Origin: Squalus acanthias
Taxonomy: Eukaryota
Assembly (NCBI GenBank): GCA_030390025.1
Contig: JASTWF010000034.1
Coordinates: 4,960,001 to 5,024,000 of the forward strand
DNA length: 64,000 nt
Direction of reading: 5' to 3'
The notes beneath the pieces were generated by a model, which had not been told where the DNA came from, searched no databases, and worked only from the letters and a program-made list of their open reading frames with translations. Of this stretch, positions 1-13,861 are shown piece after piece (within the stretch, counting starts at the first letter, position 1; every line of letters starts with the position of its first letter). The translations under genes were made by a program, and so were the position numbers.

Positions 1-1842
1 CCGGTTCTGTGTCCGATCATGGCCTTCGGCGTTTGAACGGTCCGCGGGGTGCGTCCGATCATCGACTTGGGCGTTTGACCAGTCCCCAGGGTGTGTCCGA
101 TCATGGACTAGAGCGTTTGACCTGTCCCAGGGCTGTGTCTGATCATGGACTCGGGTGTTTTACCAGTCCCAGGGATGTGTCTGATCATGGACTCGGGCGT
201 TTGAACAGTCCCCTGGGTGTGTCCGATCATGGACTCGGGTGTTTGACCAGTCACCGGGGTGTGTCCGATCATGGACTCGGGCGTTTGAACAGTCTTCGGG
301 GTGTGACCGATCATGGACTCGGGCGTTTGACCAGTACCCAGGGTGTGACCGATCATGGACTCGGGCGTTTGGCCAGCCCCGGTTCTGTGTCCGATCATGG
401 CCTTCGGCGTTTGAACGGTCCGCGGGGTGCGTCCGATCATCGACTTGGGCGTTTGACCAGTCCCCAGGGTGTGTCCGATCATGGACTAGAGCGTTTGACC
501 TGTCCCAGGGCTGTGTCTGATCATGGACTCGGGTGTTTTACCAGTCCCAGGGATGTGTCTGATCATGGACTCGGGCGTTTGAACAGTCCCCTGGGTGTGT
601 CCGATCATGGACTCGGGTGTTTGACCAGTCACCGGGGCTGTCTCCGATCATGGACTCGGGCATTTGACCAGTCCCAGGTGTGTGGTTCTGATCATGGACT
701 CTGGCGTTTGACCAGTCCCAGGTGAGTGTTTTTGATCATGGACTCGGGCGTTTGATCAGTCCCAGGTGTGTGTTTCTGATCATGGACTCGGGCGTTTGAC
801 CAGTCCCAGGTGACTGTTTCTGATCATGGACTCGGGCGTTTGACCAGTCCCAGGTGTGTGTTTCTGATCATGGACTCGGGCGTTTGACCAGTCCCAGGTG
901 AGTGTTTCTGATCATGGACTCGAGCGTTTGACCAGTCCCCGGGGTGTGTCCGATCATGGACTCGGGTGTTTGACCTGTCCCCGGAGTGTGTCCGATCATG
1001 GACTCGGGCGTTTGACCAGTCCCCGGGGCTTTGCCTGATCATGGACTCGGGCGTTTGACCAGTCCCCGGGTCTGTGTCCGCACATGGCCTCCGGCGGTTG
1101 ACCAGTCACCGGGGCTGTGTCTGATCATGGACTCGGGAGTTTGAACAGTCCCTGCGTGTGTGTCCGATCATGGACTCGGGCGTTTGACCAGTCCCTGCGG
1201 GTGTGTCCGATCATGGACTCGGTCGTTTGAACAGTCCCCGGGGTGTGACCGATCATGGACTCGGGCGTTTGACCAGTCCCCAGGGTGTGACCGATCATGG
1301 ACTCGGGCGTTTGGCCAGTCCCCGGGTCTGTGTCCGATCATGGCCTCCAGCGTTTGACCGGTCTGCGGGGTGTGTCCGATCATGGACTCGGGTGTTTGAC
1401 CAGTCCCCGGGGCGGTGTGACTGATCATGGACTTGGGCTTTTGACCAGTCCCCAGGGTGTGTCCGATCATGGACTAGAGCGTTTGTCCAGTCCCAGGGCT
1501 GTGTCTGATCATGGACTCGGGCGTTTTACCAGTCCCAGGGATGTGTCTGATCATGGACTCGGGCGTTTGAACAGTCCCCTGGGTGTGTCCGATCATGGAC
1601 TCGGGCGTTTGACCAGTCCCAGGTGTGTGTTTCTGATCATGGACTCGGGCGTTTGTCCAGTCCCCGGGTAGTGTCTGATCATGGACTCGGGCGTTTGACC
1701 AGGCCCCGGTGTGTCCGAACAAATACTCGGGTGGTTGACCAGTCCCCGAGGTGTGTACGATCATGGACTTGGGGGTTTGACCAGTCCCCGAGGTGAGTCC
1801 GATCATGGACTCGGGCGTTTGACTTGTCCCAGTGATGTGTCT

Positions 1843-2161
1843 GATCACGGAGCTGGGGGTTTGACCGGTCGTGATGGGTGTCCAATCACAGACCCGGGGT
1901 TTTGACTGGTCTCTGCAGTGTGTCTGATCATGGACCCAGGGAATTGACCTGTCCCGGGGTAGCAGCCGATCAGAGAAGCGAGTTTTGACTGGTTCTAGGG
2001 TTTTTGCCGATCCCTGGATTGTGTCCGATCACAGTCCCGGGTTTTTTTTACCGGTCCCTGGGTTGTGTCAGATCACAGTCCCGGGGATTTTTACTGGTCC
2101 CAGGGTTATATCCGATCACTGTCCCGGGGGTTTGACCAGTCCCGTTAATTACACCATTCCC
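1843..2161 (+). repeat. Diverged-monomer island (~318 bp), copy 1 of 7
   Basis: About 7 degenerate monomers (GATCACAGTCCCGGGG..., AGCAGCCGATCAGAGAAGCG) ending in GTTAATTACACCATT. Confidence 0.9.
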
Positions 2162-5100
2162 CGGGGTGTGTCCGATCATGGACACGGGCGTTTGACCGGT
2201 CCCGCAAGTGTGTCCGATCATGGACTCGGACGTTTGACCAGTCCCCGGGGTGTGTCCGCTCATGGACTCGGGCGTTTGACCAGTCCCCGGGGCGGTGTGT
2301 CTGATCATGGACTCGGGCGTTTGACCAGTCCCCGGGGTGGTGTGTCTGATCATGGACTCGGGCGTTTGACCAGTCCCCGGGGTATGTCCGATCATGGACT
2401 CGGGCGTTTGACCAGTCCCCGGGGTATGTCCGATCATGGACTCGGGCGTTTGGCCAGTTTCAGGGGTGTGTCTGATCATGGAATCGGGCGTTTTACCAGT
2501 CCACGGGGTGTGTACGATCATGGACGCGGGGGTTGGAGCAGTCCCCACGTGTGTGTCGGCTCATGGTCCCGATCGTTTGTCCAGTCCCCACGAGCGTTTC
2601 CGATCATGGAGTCGGGCGTTTGTCCAGTACCCGCGGGTGTGTGTCTGATCATGGACTCGCGCGTTGGAACAGTCCTCGTGGGTGTGTCCGATCATGGACT
2701 CGGGCGTTTGAACAGTCCCCGGGGCTGTGTCTGATCATGGACTCGGGAGTTTGACCTGTCCCCGGATTGTGTCTGATCATGGAATCGGGCGTTTGACCTG
2801 TCCCCGGATTGTGTCTGATCATGGACTCGGGCGTTTGGCCAGTCCCCGGGTCTGTGTCCGATCATGGCCTCCAGCGTTTGACCAGTCCCCGGGGTGTGTC
2901 CGATCATGTACTCGGGCGTTTGACCAGTCCCCGGGGCGGTGTGTCTGATCATGGACCCGGGCGATTGACCAGTCCCCGGGTTGTGTCCGATCATGGACTC
3001 GGGCGTTTGACCAGTCCCCGGGGCTATGTCTGATCATGAATTCGTGCATTTGACCAGTCTCCGTGGCTGTGCCCGATCATGGACTTGGGCGTTTGACCAG
3101 TTCCCGGTGTGTCCGGGCATGGACTCGGGCGTTTGATCAGTCCCCGGGGTTGTGTCCGATCATGGACTCGGGCGTTTGACCCGTCCCCAGGGTGAGCCCT
3201 ATCATTGACTCGGGCGTTTGAACAGTCCCCGAGATGAGTCCGATCAAGGATTCGGGCGTTTGACCTGTCCACAGGGTGTGTACGATCATGGACGCGGGGG
3301 TTTGACCAGTCCCCGCGAGTGTGTCTGATCATGGACTCGGGCGTTTGAACAGTCCCCGCGGGTGTGACCGATCATGGACTCGAGCGTTTGGACAGTCCCC
3401 GGGTCTGTGTCCGATCATGGCCTCCGGCGTTTGACCAGTCCCCGGGGTGTGTCCGATGATGGACTCGGGCGTTATACCAGTCCCCGGGGTGTGTACGATC
3501 ATGGATGCGGGTATTTGACAAGTCCCCGCGGGTTTGTCTGATCATGGACATGGTCGTTTGTCCAGTCCCCATGCATGTGTCCGATCATGGACTCGGGCGT
3601 TTGAACAGCACCCGGGGTGTGACTGATCCTGGACTTGGGCATTTGACCAGTCCCCGGGGTGTGTCCGATCATGGCCTCCGACGTTTGACCAGTCCCTGGG
3701 AGTGTCCGCTCATGGACTCGGGCGTTTGACCAGTCCCCGGGGCGGTGTGTCTGATCATGGACTCGGGCATTTGACCAGTCCCCGGGGTATGTCCGATCAT
3801 GGAATTGGGCGTTTGACCAGTCCCAGGGGTGTGTCTGATCATGGACTCGGGCGTTTTACCAGTCCCAGGGGTGTGTCTGATCATGGACTCGGGCGTTTTA
3901 CTAGTCCCAGGGGTGTGTCCAATCATGGACTCGGGAGTTTGACCTGTCCCCGGATTGTGTCTGATCAAGGACTCGGGCGTTTGACCTGTCCCCGGATTGT
4001 GTCTGATGATGGACTCGGGCGTTTGGCCATTCCCCGGGTCTGTGTCCGATCATGGCCTCCGGCGTTTGACCTGTCCCCGGGTGTGTGTCCGATCATGGAC
4101 TCGGGCGTTTGACCAGTCCCCGGGGCGGTGTGTCTCGATATGGACTCGGGCGTTTGACCAGTCCCTTGGGGTGTGTACCGATCATGGATTCGGGCGTTTG
4201 ACCAGTCCCCGGGGTGTGCTCGATCATGGACTTGCGTTTGACCAGTCCCCGGGGATGTGTCCGATCATGGACTCGGGCGTTTGACCAGTCCCCGGGGTGT
4301 GTCCGATCATGGACTCGGGCGTTTGACCAGTCCCCAGGGTGTGTCCGATCATGGACTCGGGCGTTTGGCAGTCCCTGGGGTGTGTCCGATCATTGATTCG
4401 GGCGTTTGCAGTCGCTGGGGTTGTGTCCTATCATGGACTCGGGGTTTGACCAGTCCCCGGGGTGTGTCCGATCTATGGACTCGGGCGTTTGACCAGTCCC
4501 CGGGGTGTGTCGATCATGGACTTCGGGCGTTTGGTACCGTCCCCGGTGTGTCCGATCAGGACTCGGGCGTTTGTCCAGTCCCAGGGTGTGTCCGATCATG
4601 GACTCGGGCGTTTGACAGTCCCCGGGGTGTGACCGATCATGGACTCGGGCGTTTGGCCAGTCCACGGGTCTGTGTCCGATCATGGCCTTCGACGTTTGAC
4701 CAGTCCGCGGGGCGGTGTGTCTGATCATGGACTCGGGCGTTTGACCAGTCCCCGGGGCGGTGTGTCTGATCATGGACTCGGGCGTTTGACCAGTCCCCGG
4801 GGTATGTCCGATCATGGAATTGGGCATTTGACCAGTCCCAGGGGTGTGTCTGATCATGGACTCGGGCGTTTTACCAGTCCCAGGGGTGTGTATGATCATG
4901 GACTCGGGCGTTTGACCAGGCCCCGGGGCTGTGCCTGATCATGGACTCGGGCGTATGACCAGTCCCCAGGTTGTGTCCGATCATGGACTCGGGCGTTTGA
5001 CCAGACCCCGGGGTTTTTCTGATCATGGACTCGAGCGTTTGACCAGTCCCCGGGGCTGTGTCCGATAATGGACTCGGCGTTTGAACAGTCCCAGGGGTTG

Positions 5101-6420
5101 TTTCGGATCATGGACTCAGGCATTTGACCAGTCCCCGGGGCTTTGTCCGATCATGGACTCAGGCCTTTGACCAGTCCCCGGGGCTTTGTCCGATAATGGA
5201 CTCGGGCGTTTGACCAGACCCCGGGGTTTGTCCGATCATGGACTCGAGCGTTTGACCAGTCCCCGGGGCTCTGTCCGATAATGGACTCGGACGTTTGACC
5301 AGTCCCAGGGGCTGTTTACGATCATGGACTCGGGCGTTTCACCAGTACCAGCGGGTGTGTCCGATCATGGACTCGGGCGTTTGAACAGTCCCCGGGGTGT
5401 TACCGATCATGAACTCGGCCGTTTGACCAGTCCCCGGGGTGTGTCCGATCATGGACTCGGGCGTTTGACCAGTCCCCGGGGCTCTGTCCGATAATGGACT
5501 CGGACGTTTGACCAGTCCCAGGGGCTGTGTACGATCATGGACTCGGGCGTTTTACCAGTACCAGCGGGTGTGTCCGATCATGGACTCGGGCGTTTGAACA
5601 GTCCCCGGGGTGTTACCGATCATGAACTCGGCCGTTTGACCAGTCCCCGGGGTGTGTCCGATCATGGACTCGGGCGTTTGACCAGTCCCCGGGGCTGTGT
5701 CCGATCATGGACTCGGGCGTTTGACCAGTTCCCGGGGCTGTGTCCGATCATGGACTCGGGCGTTTGACTAGTCTCCGGGGTGTCTCCGATCATAGACTCG
5801 GGCGTTTGACCAGTCCCCGAGGCTGTGTCCGATCATGGACTCCAGTGTTTGACCAGTCCCCGGGGTGTGTTCTATCATGGACTTGGGCATTTGACCAGTC
5901 CCCGGGGCTGTGTCCGATCATGGACTCCAGTGTTTGACCAGTCCCCGGGGTGTGTCCTATCATGTACTCGGGCGTTTGACCAGTTCCCGCTTCTTGTCCG
6001 ATCATGGACTCGGGCGTTTAACCAATCCCCTGGGTGTGTCTGACCATGGACTCGGGCATTTGACCAGTCACCGGGACTTTGTCTGAACATGGACTCGGGC
6101 GTTTGACCATTCCCCAGGGAGTGTCTGATCATGGACTCGGGCGTCTGACCACTCCTCAGGGTGTGTCCGATCATGGACTCGGGGGGTTTACAAGTCCAAG
6201 CGGGTTGTCTGATCATGGACTTGGGCGTTTGTCCAGTCCCCAGGGTGTGTCCGTTCATGGACTCGGGCGTTTGAACAGTCCCCGGGGTGTGTCCGATCAT
6301 GGACTCGGGCGTTTGAGCAGTCGCAGGGGTGTGTCCGATCATGGACTCGGGCGTTTGACCAGTCCCCGAGGTGAGTCCGATCATGGACTCGGGCATTTGA
6401 CTTGTCCCAGTGATGTGTCT

Positions 6421-6739
6421 GATCACGAATCTGGGGGTTTGATCGATCGTGGTGGGTGTCCAATCACAGACCCGTGGTTTTGACTGGTCCCTGCAGTGTG
6501 TCTGATCACGGACCCAGGGAATTGACCTGTCCCGGGGTAGCAGCCAATCAGAGAAGCGGTTTTTGACTGGTACTAGGGTTTTTGCAGATCCCTGGGTTGT
6601 GTCCGATCACAGTCCCGGGGTTTTTTTACCGGTCCCTGGGTTGTGTCAGATCACAGTCCCGGGGATTTTTACTGGTCCCTGGGTTATATCCGATCACAGT
6701 CCCGGGGGTTTGACCAGTCCCGTTAATTACACCATTCCC
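6421..6739 (+). repeat. Diverged-monomer island, copy 2
   Basis: GTTAATTACACCATT marker at 6722. Confidence 0.9.
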
Positions 6740-8986
6740 CGGGGTGTGTCCGATCATGGACACGGGCGTTTGACCGGTCCCGCGAGTGTGTCCGATCATG
6801 TACTCGGGCGTTTGACCAGTCCCCGGGGTGTGTACGATCATGGAATCGGCGTTTGACCAGTCTCCGGGGTGTGTACGATCATGGACTCCGGTGTTTGCCC
6901 AGTCCCTGGGGTGTGTACGATCATGGACTCGGGCGTTTGGCCAGTCCCCAGGGTGTGTCCATTCATGGACTCGGGCGTTTGAACAGTCCCCGGGGTGGTG
7001 TGTCTGATCATGGACTCGGGCGTTTGACCAGTCCACAGGGTGTGTCCGATCATGGTCTCGGGCGTTTGGCCAGTCCACAGGGTGTGTCGGATCATGGACT
7101 CGGGCGTTTGACCAGTCCCCAGGGTGTGTCCGATCATGGCCTCGGGCGTTTGACAAGTCCCCTCGGTGTGTCGGATCATGGACTCGGGCGTTTACCCTGT
7201 CCCCGGGGTGTGTCCGATCATGGACTCGGGCGTTTGACCAGACCCCGGATTGTGTCTGATTATGGACTCGGGCGTTTGACCAGTCCCCGGGTGTGTCCGG
7301 TCATATACTCGGGCGTTTGACCAGTCCCCGGCGTGTGTCCTATCATGGACTCGGGCGTTTGGACATTCCCCGGCGTGTGTCCGATCATGGACTCGGGTGT
7401 TTGACCAGTCCCCGGGGTGTGTCCGATCATGGACTCGGGCATTTGACCAGACCCCGGGTTGTGTCTGATCATGGACTCGGGCGTTTGACCAGTCTCCGGG
7501 GCTGTGTCCGATCATGGATTCGGGCGGTTCACCAGTCCCCGGGGCTGTCCCTGATCATGGACTCCGGCGTTTGACCAGTCCCCGGGTTGTGTCTGCTCAT
7601 GGACTCGGGCGTTTCACCAGTCCCCGGGGTGTGTCCGATCATGGACTCAGGCGTTTGACCAGTCCCCGGGGTTTGTGCGATCATGGCCTCGGGCGTTTGA
7701 CCAGTCCCCGGATTGTGTCTGATTATGGACTCGGCGGATGACCAGTCCCGGGGGTGTGTGTGATCATGGACTCGGGCGTTTGACCAGTTCCCGGGGTATC
7801 CCAACATATACTCGTGTGTTTGACCAGTCCCCGGGGTGTGTCCGATCATGGACTCGGGCGTTTGACCAGTCCAAGGAGTGTGTCCGATCATGGACTTGGG
7901 CGTTTGACCAGTCCCCGGGGTGTGTCTGATCATGGACTCGGGCGTTTGACCAGTCCCCGGGGTGTGTCCGATCATGGCCTCCGGCGTTTGACCAGTCCCC
8001 GGGGGTGTGTCCGATCATGGACTCGGGCGTTTGACCAGTCCCCGGGGCTCTGTCCGATAATGGACTCGGACGTTTGACCAGTCCCAGGGGCTGTGTACGA
8101 TCATGGACTCGGGCGTTTTACCAGTACCAGCGGGTGTGTCCGATCATGGACTCGGGCGTTTGAACAGTCCCCGGGGTGTTACCGATCATGAACTCGGCCG
8201 TTTGACCAGTCCCCGGGGTGTGTCCGATCATGGACTCGGGCGTTTGACCAGTCCCCGGGGCTGTGTCCGATCATGGACTCGGGCGTTTGACCAGTTCCCG
8301 GGGCTGTGTCCGATCATGGACTCGGGCGTTTGACTAGTCTCCGGGGTGTCTCCGATCATAGACTCGGGCGTTTGACCAGTCCCCGAGGCTGTGTCCGATC
8401 ATGGACTCCAGTGTTTGACCAGTCCCCGGGGTGTGTTCTATCATGGACTTGGGCATTTGACCAGTCCCCGGGGCTGTGTCCGATCATGGACTCCAGTGTT
8501 TGACCAGTCCCCGGGGTGTGTCCTATCATGTATCGGGCGTTTGACCAGTTCCCCGCTTCTTGTCCGATCATGGACTCGGGCGTTTAACCAATCCCCTGGG
8601 TGTGTCTGACCATGGACTCGGGCATTTGACCAGTCACCGGGACTTTGTCTGAACATGGACTCGGGCGTTTGACCATTCCCCAGGGAGTGTCTGATCATGG
8701 ACTCGGGCGTCTGACCACTCCTCAGGGTGTGTCCGATCATGGACTCGGGGGGTTTACAAGTCCAAGCGGGTTGTCTGATCATGGACTTGGGCGTTTGTCC
8801 AGTCCCCAGGGTGTGTCCGTTCATGGACTCGGGCGTTTGAACAGTCCCCGGGGTGTGTCCGATCATGGACTCGGGCGTTTGAGCAGTCGCAGGGGTGTGT
8901 CCGATCACGGACTCGGGCGTTTGACCAGTCCCCGAGGTGAGTCCGATCATGGACTCGGGCATTTGACTTGTCCCAGTGATGTGTCT

Positions 8987-9305
8987 GATCACGAATCTGG
9001 GGGTTTGACCGATCGTGGTGGGTGTCCAATCACAGACCCGTGGTTTTGACTGGTCCCTGCAGTGTGTCTGATCACGGACCCAGGGAATTGACCTGTCCCG
9101 GGGTAGCAGCCAATCAGAGAAGCGGTTTTTGACTGGTACTAGGGTTTTTGCAGATCCCTGGGTTGTGTCCGATCACAGTCCCGGGGTTTTTTTACCGGTC
9201 CCTGGGTTGTGTCAGATCACAGTCCCGGGGATTTTTACTGGTCCCTGGGTTATATCCGATCACAGTCCCGGGGGTTTGACCAGTCCCGTTAATTACACCA
9301 TTCCC
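8987..9305 (+). repeat. Diverged-monomer island, copy 3
   Basis: Marker at 9288. Near-identical to copy 2 (offset 2566). Confidence 0.9.
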
Positions 9306-11366
9306 CGGGGTGTGTCCGATCATGGACACGGGCGTTTGACCGGTCCCGCGAGTGTGTCCGATCATGTACTCGGGCGTTTGACCAGTCCCCGGGGTGTGTA
9401 CGATCATGGAATCGGCGTTTGACCAGTCTCCGGGGTGTGTACGATCATGGACTCCGGTGTTTGCCCAGTCCCTGGGGTGTGTACGATCATGGACTCGGGC
9501 GTTTGGCCAGTCCCCAGGGTGTGTCCATTCATGGACTCGGGCGTTTGAACAGTCCCCGGGGTGGTGTGTCTGATCATGGACTCGGGCGTTTGACCAGTCC
9601 ACAGGGTGTGTCCGATCATGGTCTCGGGCGTTTGCCAGTCCACAGGGTGTGTCGATCATGGACTCGGGCGTTTGACCAGTCCCCAGGGTGTGTCCGATCA
9701 TGGCCTCGGGCGTTTGACAAGTCCCCTCGGTGTGTCGATCATGGACTCGGGCGTTTACCAGTCCCCGGGGTGTGTCCGATCATGGACTCGGGCGTTTGAC
9801 CAGACCCCGGATTGTGTCTGATTATGGACTCGGGCGTTTGACCAGTCCCCGGGTGTGTCCGGTCATAGACTCGGGCGTTTGACCAGTCCCCGGGTGTGTC
9901 CTATCATGGACTCGGGCGTTTGACATTCCCGGCGTGTGTCCGATCATGGACTCGGGTGTTTGACCAGTCCCGGGGTGTGTCCGATCATGGACTCGGGCAT
10001 TTGACCAGACCCCGGGTTGTGTCTGATCATGGACTCGGGCGTTTGACCAGTCCCCGGGGCTGTGTCCGATCATGGATTCGGGCGTTTGACCAGTCCCCGG
10101 GGCTGTCCCGATCATGGACTCCGGCGTTTGACCAGTCCCCGGGTTGTGTCTGCTCATGGACTCGGGCGTTTCACCAGTCCCCGGGGTGTGTCCGATCATG
10201 GACTCAGGCGTTTGACCAGTCCCCGGGGTTTGTGCGATCATGGCCTCGGGCGTTTGACCAGTCCCCGGATTGTGTCTGATTATGGACTCGGCGGATGACC
10301 AGTCCCCGGGGTGTGTGTGATCATGGACTCGGGCGTTTGACCAGTTCCCGGGGTATCCCAACATATACTCGTGTGTTTGACCAGTCCCCGGGGTGTGTCC
10401 GATCATGGACTCGGGCGTTTGACCAGTCCACGGAGTGTGTCCGATCATGGACTTGGGCGTTTGACCAGTCCCCGGGGTGTGTCTGATCATGGACTCGGGC
10501 GTTTGACCAGTCCCCGGGGTGTGTCCGATCATGGCCTCCGGCGTTTGACCAGTCCCCGGGGGTGTGTCCGATCATGGACTCGGGCGTTTGACCAGTCCCC
10601 GGGGCGGTGTCTGATCATGGACTCGGGCGTTTGACCAGTCCCCGGGGTGTGTCCGATCATGGACTCGGACGTTTGACCTGTCCCCGGGATGTGTCTGATC
10701 ATGGACTCGGGCTTTTGACCGGTCCTGCGGGTGTGTCCGATCATGGACTCGGGCGTTTGACCAGTCCCCGGGTGTGTCCTGATCATGGACTCGGCGTTTG
10801 ACCAGTCCCCGGGGTGTGTCCGATCATGGACTCGGGCGTTTGACCAGTCCCCGGGGTGTGTCCGATCATGGACTCGGGCGTTTGACCAGTCCCCGGGGGT
10901 GTGTCCGATCATGGACTCGGGCGTTTGACAGTCCCCGGGGTTGTGTCCGATCATGGACTCGGGCGTTTGACCAGTCCCTGGGGTGTGTCCGATCATGGAC
11001 TCGGGCGTTTGACCAGTCCCCGGGGTGTGTCCGATCATGGACTCGGGCGTTTGACCAGTCCCGGGGTGTGTCCGATCATGGACTCGGGCATTTGACCAGT
11101 CCCCGGGGTGTGTCCGATCATGGACTCGGGGGTTTTACAAGTCCAAGCGGGTTGTCTGATCATGGACTTGGGCGTTTGGCCAGTCCCCCGGGGGGGGCCG
11201 GTCATGGACTCGGGCGTTTGACCAGTCCCCGGGATGTGTCCTTTCATGGACTCGGGCGTTTGACCAGTCGCAGGGGTGTGTCCGATCATGGACTCGGGCG
11301 TTTGACCAGCCCCGGGGTGTGTCCGATCATGGACTCGGGCGTTTGACTTGTCCCAGTGATGTGTCT

Positions 11367-11684
11367 GATCACGGAGCCGGGGGTTTGACCGGTCGTGGTG
11401 AGGTGTCCAATCACAGACCCGGGTTTTGACTGGTCCCTGCAGTGTGTCTGATCACGGACCCAGGGAATTGACCTGTCCCGGGGTTGCAGCCGATCAGAGA
11501 AGCGGGTTTTGACTGGTCCTAGTGCTTTTACCGGTCCCTGGGTTGTGTCCGATCACAGTCCCGGGGTTTTTTACCGGTCCCTGGGTTGTGTCAGATCACA
11601 GTCCCGGGGATTTTTACTGGTCCCTGGGTTATATCCGATCACAGTCGCGGGGGTTTGACCAGTCCCGTTAATTACACCATTCCC
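11367..11684 (+). repeat. Diverged-monomer island, copy 4
   Basis: Marker at 11667. Confidence 0.9.
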
Positions 11685-13543
11685 CGGGGTGTGTCCGATC
11701 ATGGACACGGGCGTTTGACCGGTCCCGCAAGTGTGTCCGATCATGGAATCGGGTGTTTGACCAGTCCCCGGGGTGTGTCCGTTCATGGACTCGGCGTTTG
11801 ACCAGTCTCCGGGGTGTGTACGATCATGGACTCCGGCGTTTGCCCAGTCCCTGGGGTGTGTACGATCATGGACTCGGGCGTTTGGCCACTCCCCAGGGTG
11901 TGTACGATCATGGACTCGGGCGTTTGACCAGTCCCCGGGTGTGTCCGGTCATATACTCGGGCGTTTGACCAGTCCCCGGCGTGTGTCCTATCATGGACTC
12001 GGGCGTTTGGACATTCCCCGGCGTGTGTCCGATCATGGACTCGGGTGTTTGACCAGTCCCCGGGGTGTGTCCGATCATGGACTCGGGCATTTGACCAGAC
12101 CCCGGGTTGTGTCTGATCATGGACTCGGGCGTTTGACCAGTCTCCGGGGCTGTGTCCGATCATGGATTCGGGCGGTTCACCAGTCCCCGGGGCTGTCCTG
12201 ATCATGGACTCCGGCGTTTGACCAGTCCCCGGGTTGTGTCTGCTCATGGACTCGGGCGTTTCACCAGTCCCCGGGGTGTGTCCGATCATGGACTCGGGCG
12301 TTTGACCAGTCCCCGGGGTTTGTGCGATCATGGCCTCGGGCGTTTGACCAGTCCCGGATTGTGTCTGATTATGGACTCGGCGGATGACCAGTCCCCGGGG
12401 TGTGTGTGATCATGGACTCGGGCGTTTGACCAGTTCCCGGGGTATCCCAACATATACTCGTGTGTTTGACCAGTCCCCGGGGTGTGTCCGATCATGGACT
12501 CGGGCGTTTGACCAGTCCAAGGAGTGTGTCCGATCATGGACTTGGGCGTTTGACCAGTCCCCGGGGTGTGTCTGATCATGGACTCGGGCGTTTGACCAGT
12601 CCCCGGGGTGTGTCCGATCATGGCCTCCGGCGTTTGACCAGTCCCCGGGGGTGTGTCCGATCATGGACTCGGGCGTTTGACCAGTCCCCGGGGCGGCCTG
12701 TCTGATCATGGACCCGGGCGTTTGACCAGTCCTCGGGTTGTGTCTGATCATAGACTCGGGAGTTTGACCAGTCCCCAGTGTGTGTACGATCATGGACTCG
12801 GGCGTTTGACCAGTCCCCGGGGTGTGTCCGATCATGGACTCAGCGTTTGACCGGTCCCGGAGTGTGTCTGATCATGGACTTGTGCGTTTGACCAGTCCCC
12901 GGGGTGAGTCCGATCATGGACTCAGGCGCTTGACCATTCCCGGGATTGTGTCTGATCATGTACTCGGGCATTTGACCAGTTCCCGGGGCTGTGTCCGATA
13001 ATGGACTCGGGCGTTTGACCAGTCTCCGGGGTGTCTCCGATCATAGACTCGGGCATTTGACCAGTCCCCGGGGCTGTGTCCGATCATGGACTCCAGTGTT
13101 TGACCAGTCCCCGGGGTGTGTCCTATCATGGACTCGGGCGTTTGACCAGTCCCTGCTTCTTGTCCGATCATGGACTCGGGCGTTTAACCAATCCCCTGGG
13201 TGTGTCTGACCAGGGACTCGGGCATTTGACCAGTCACCGGGGCTTTGTCTGAACATGGACTCGGGCATTTGACCATTCCCCAGTGTGTGTCCGATCATGG
13301 ACTCGGGGGTTTTACAAGTCCAAGCGGGTTGTCTGATCATGGACTTGGGCGTTTGGCCAGTCCCCCGGGGGGGGCCGGTCATGGACTCGGGCGTTTGACC
13401 AGTCCCCGGGATGTGTCCTTTCATGGACTCGGGCGTTTGACCAGTCGCAGGGGTGTGTCCGATCATGGACTCGGGCGTTTGACCAGCCCCGAGGTGAGTC
13501 CGATCATGGACTCGGGCGTTTGACTTGTCCCAGTGATGTGTCT

Positions 13544-13861
13544 GATCACGGAGCTGGGGGTTTGACCGGTCGTGGTAGGTGTCCAATCACAGACCCGGGG
13601 TTTTGACTGGTCCCTGCAGTGTGTCTGATCATGGACCCAGGGAATTGACCTGTCCCGGCGTAGCAGCCGATCAGAGAAGCGAGTTTTGACTGGTTCTAGG
13701 GCTTTTGCCGATCCCTGGGTTGTGTCCGATCACAGTCCCGGGGTTTTTTACCGGTCCCTGGGTTGTGTCAGATCACAGTCCCGGGGATTTTTACTGGTCC
13801 CTGGGTTATATCCGATCACAGTCGCGGGGGTTTGACCAGTCCCGTTAATTACACCATTCCC
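13544..13861 (+). repeat. Diverged-monomer island, copy 5
   Basis: Marker at 13844. Confidence 0.9.

Larger units (their letters stand above)
5450..10590 (+). repeat. Higher-order tandem duplication, ~2566-bp unit x2 (ends approximate)
   Basis: Matching ORF-track entries at constant offset: 5537/8103, 6079/8645, 6563/9129. Confidence 0.88.

Noticed and set aside
138..200. Hammerhead ribozyme as in newt satellite 2, or a tRNA/Pol III-derived monomer
   Set aside because: CTGATCA is not CUGANGA and there is no GAAA core on either strand. No convincing A/B boxes or cloverleaf.
217..260. CENP-B box in the monomer
   Set aside because: Only the A-nn-CGGG half matches (ACTCGGG). The required TTCG position reads GATC, giving 5 of 9 core bases.
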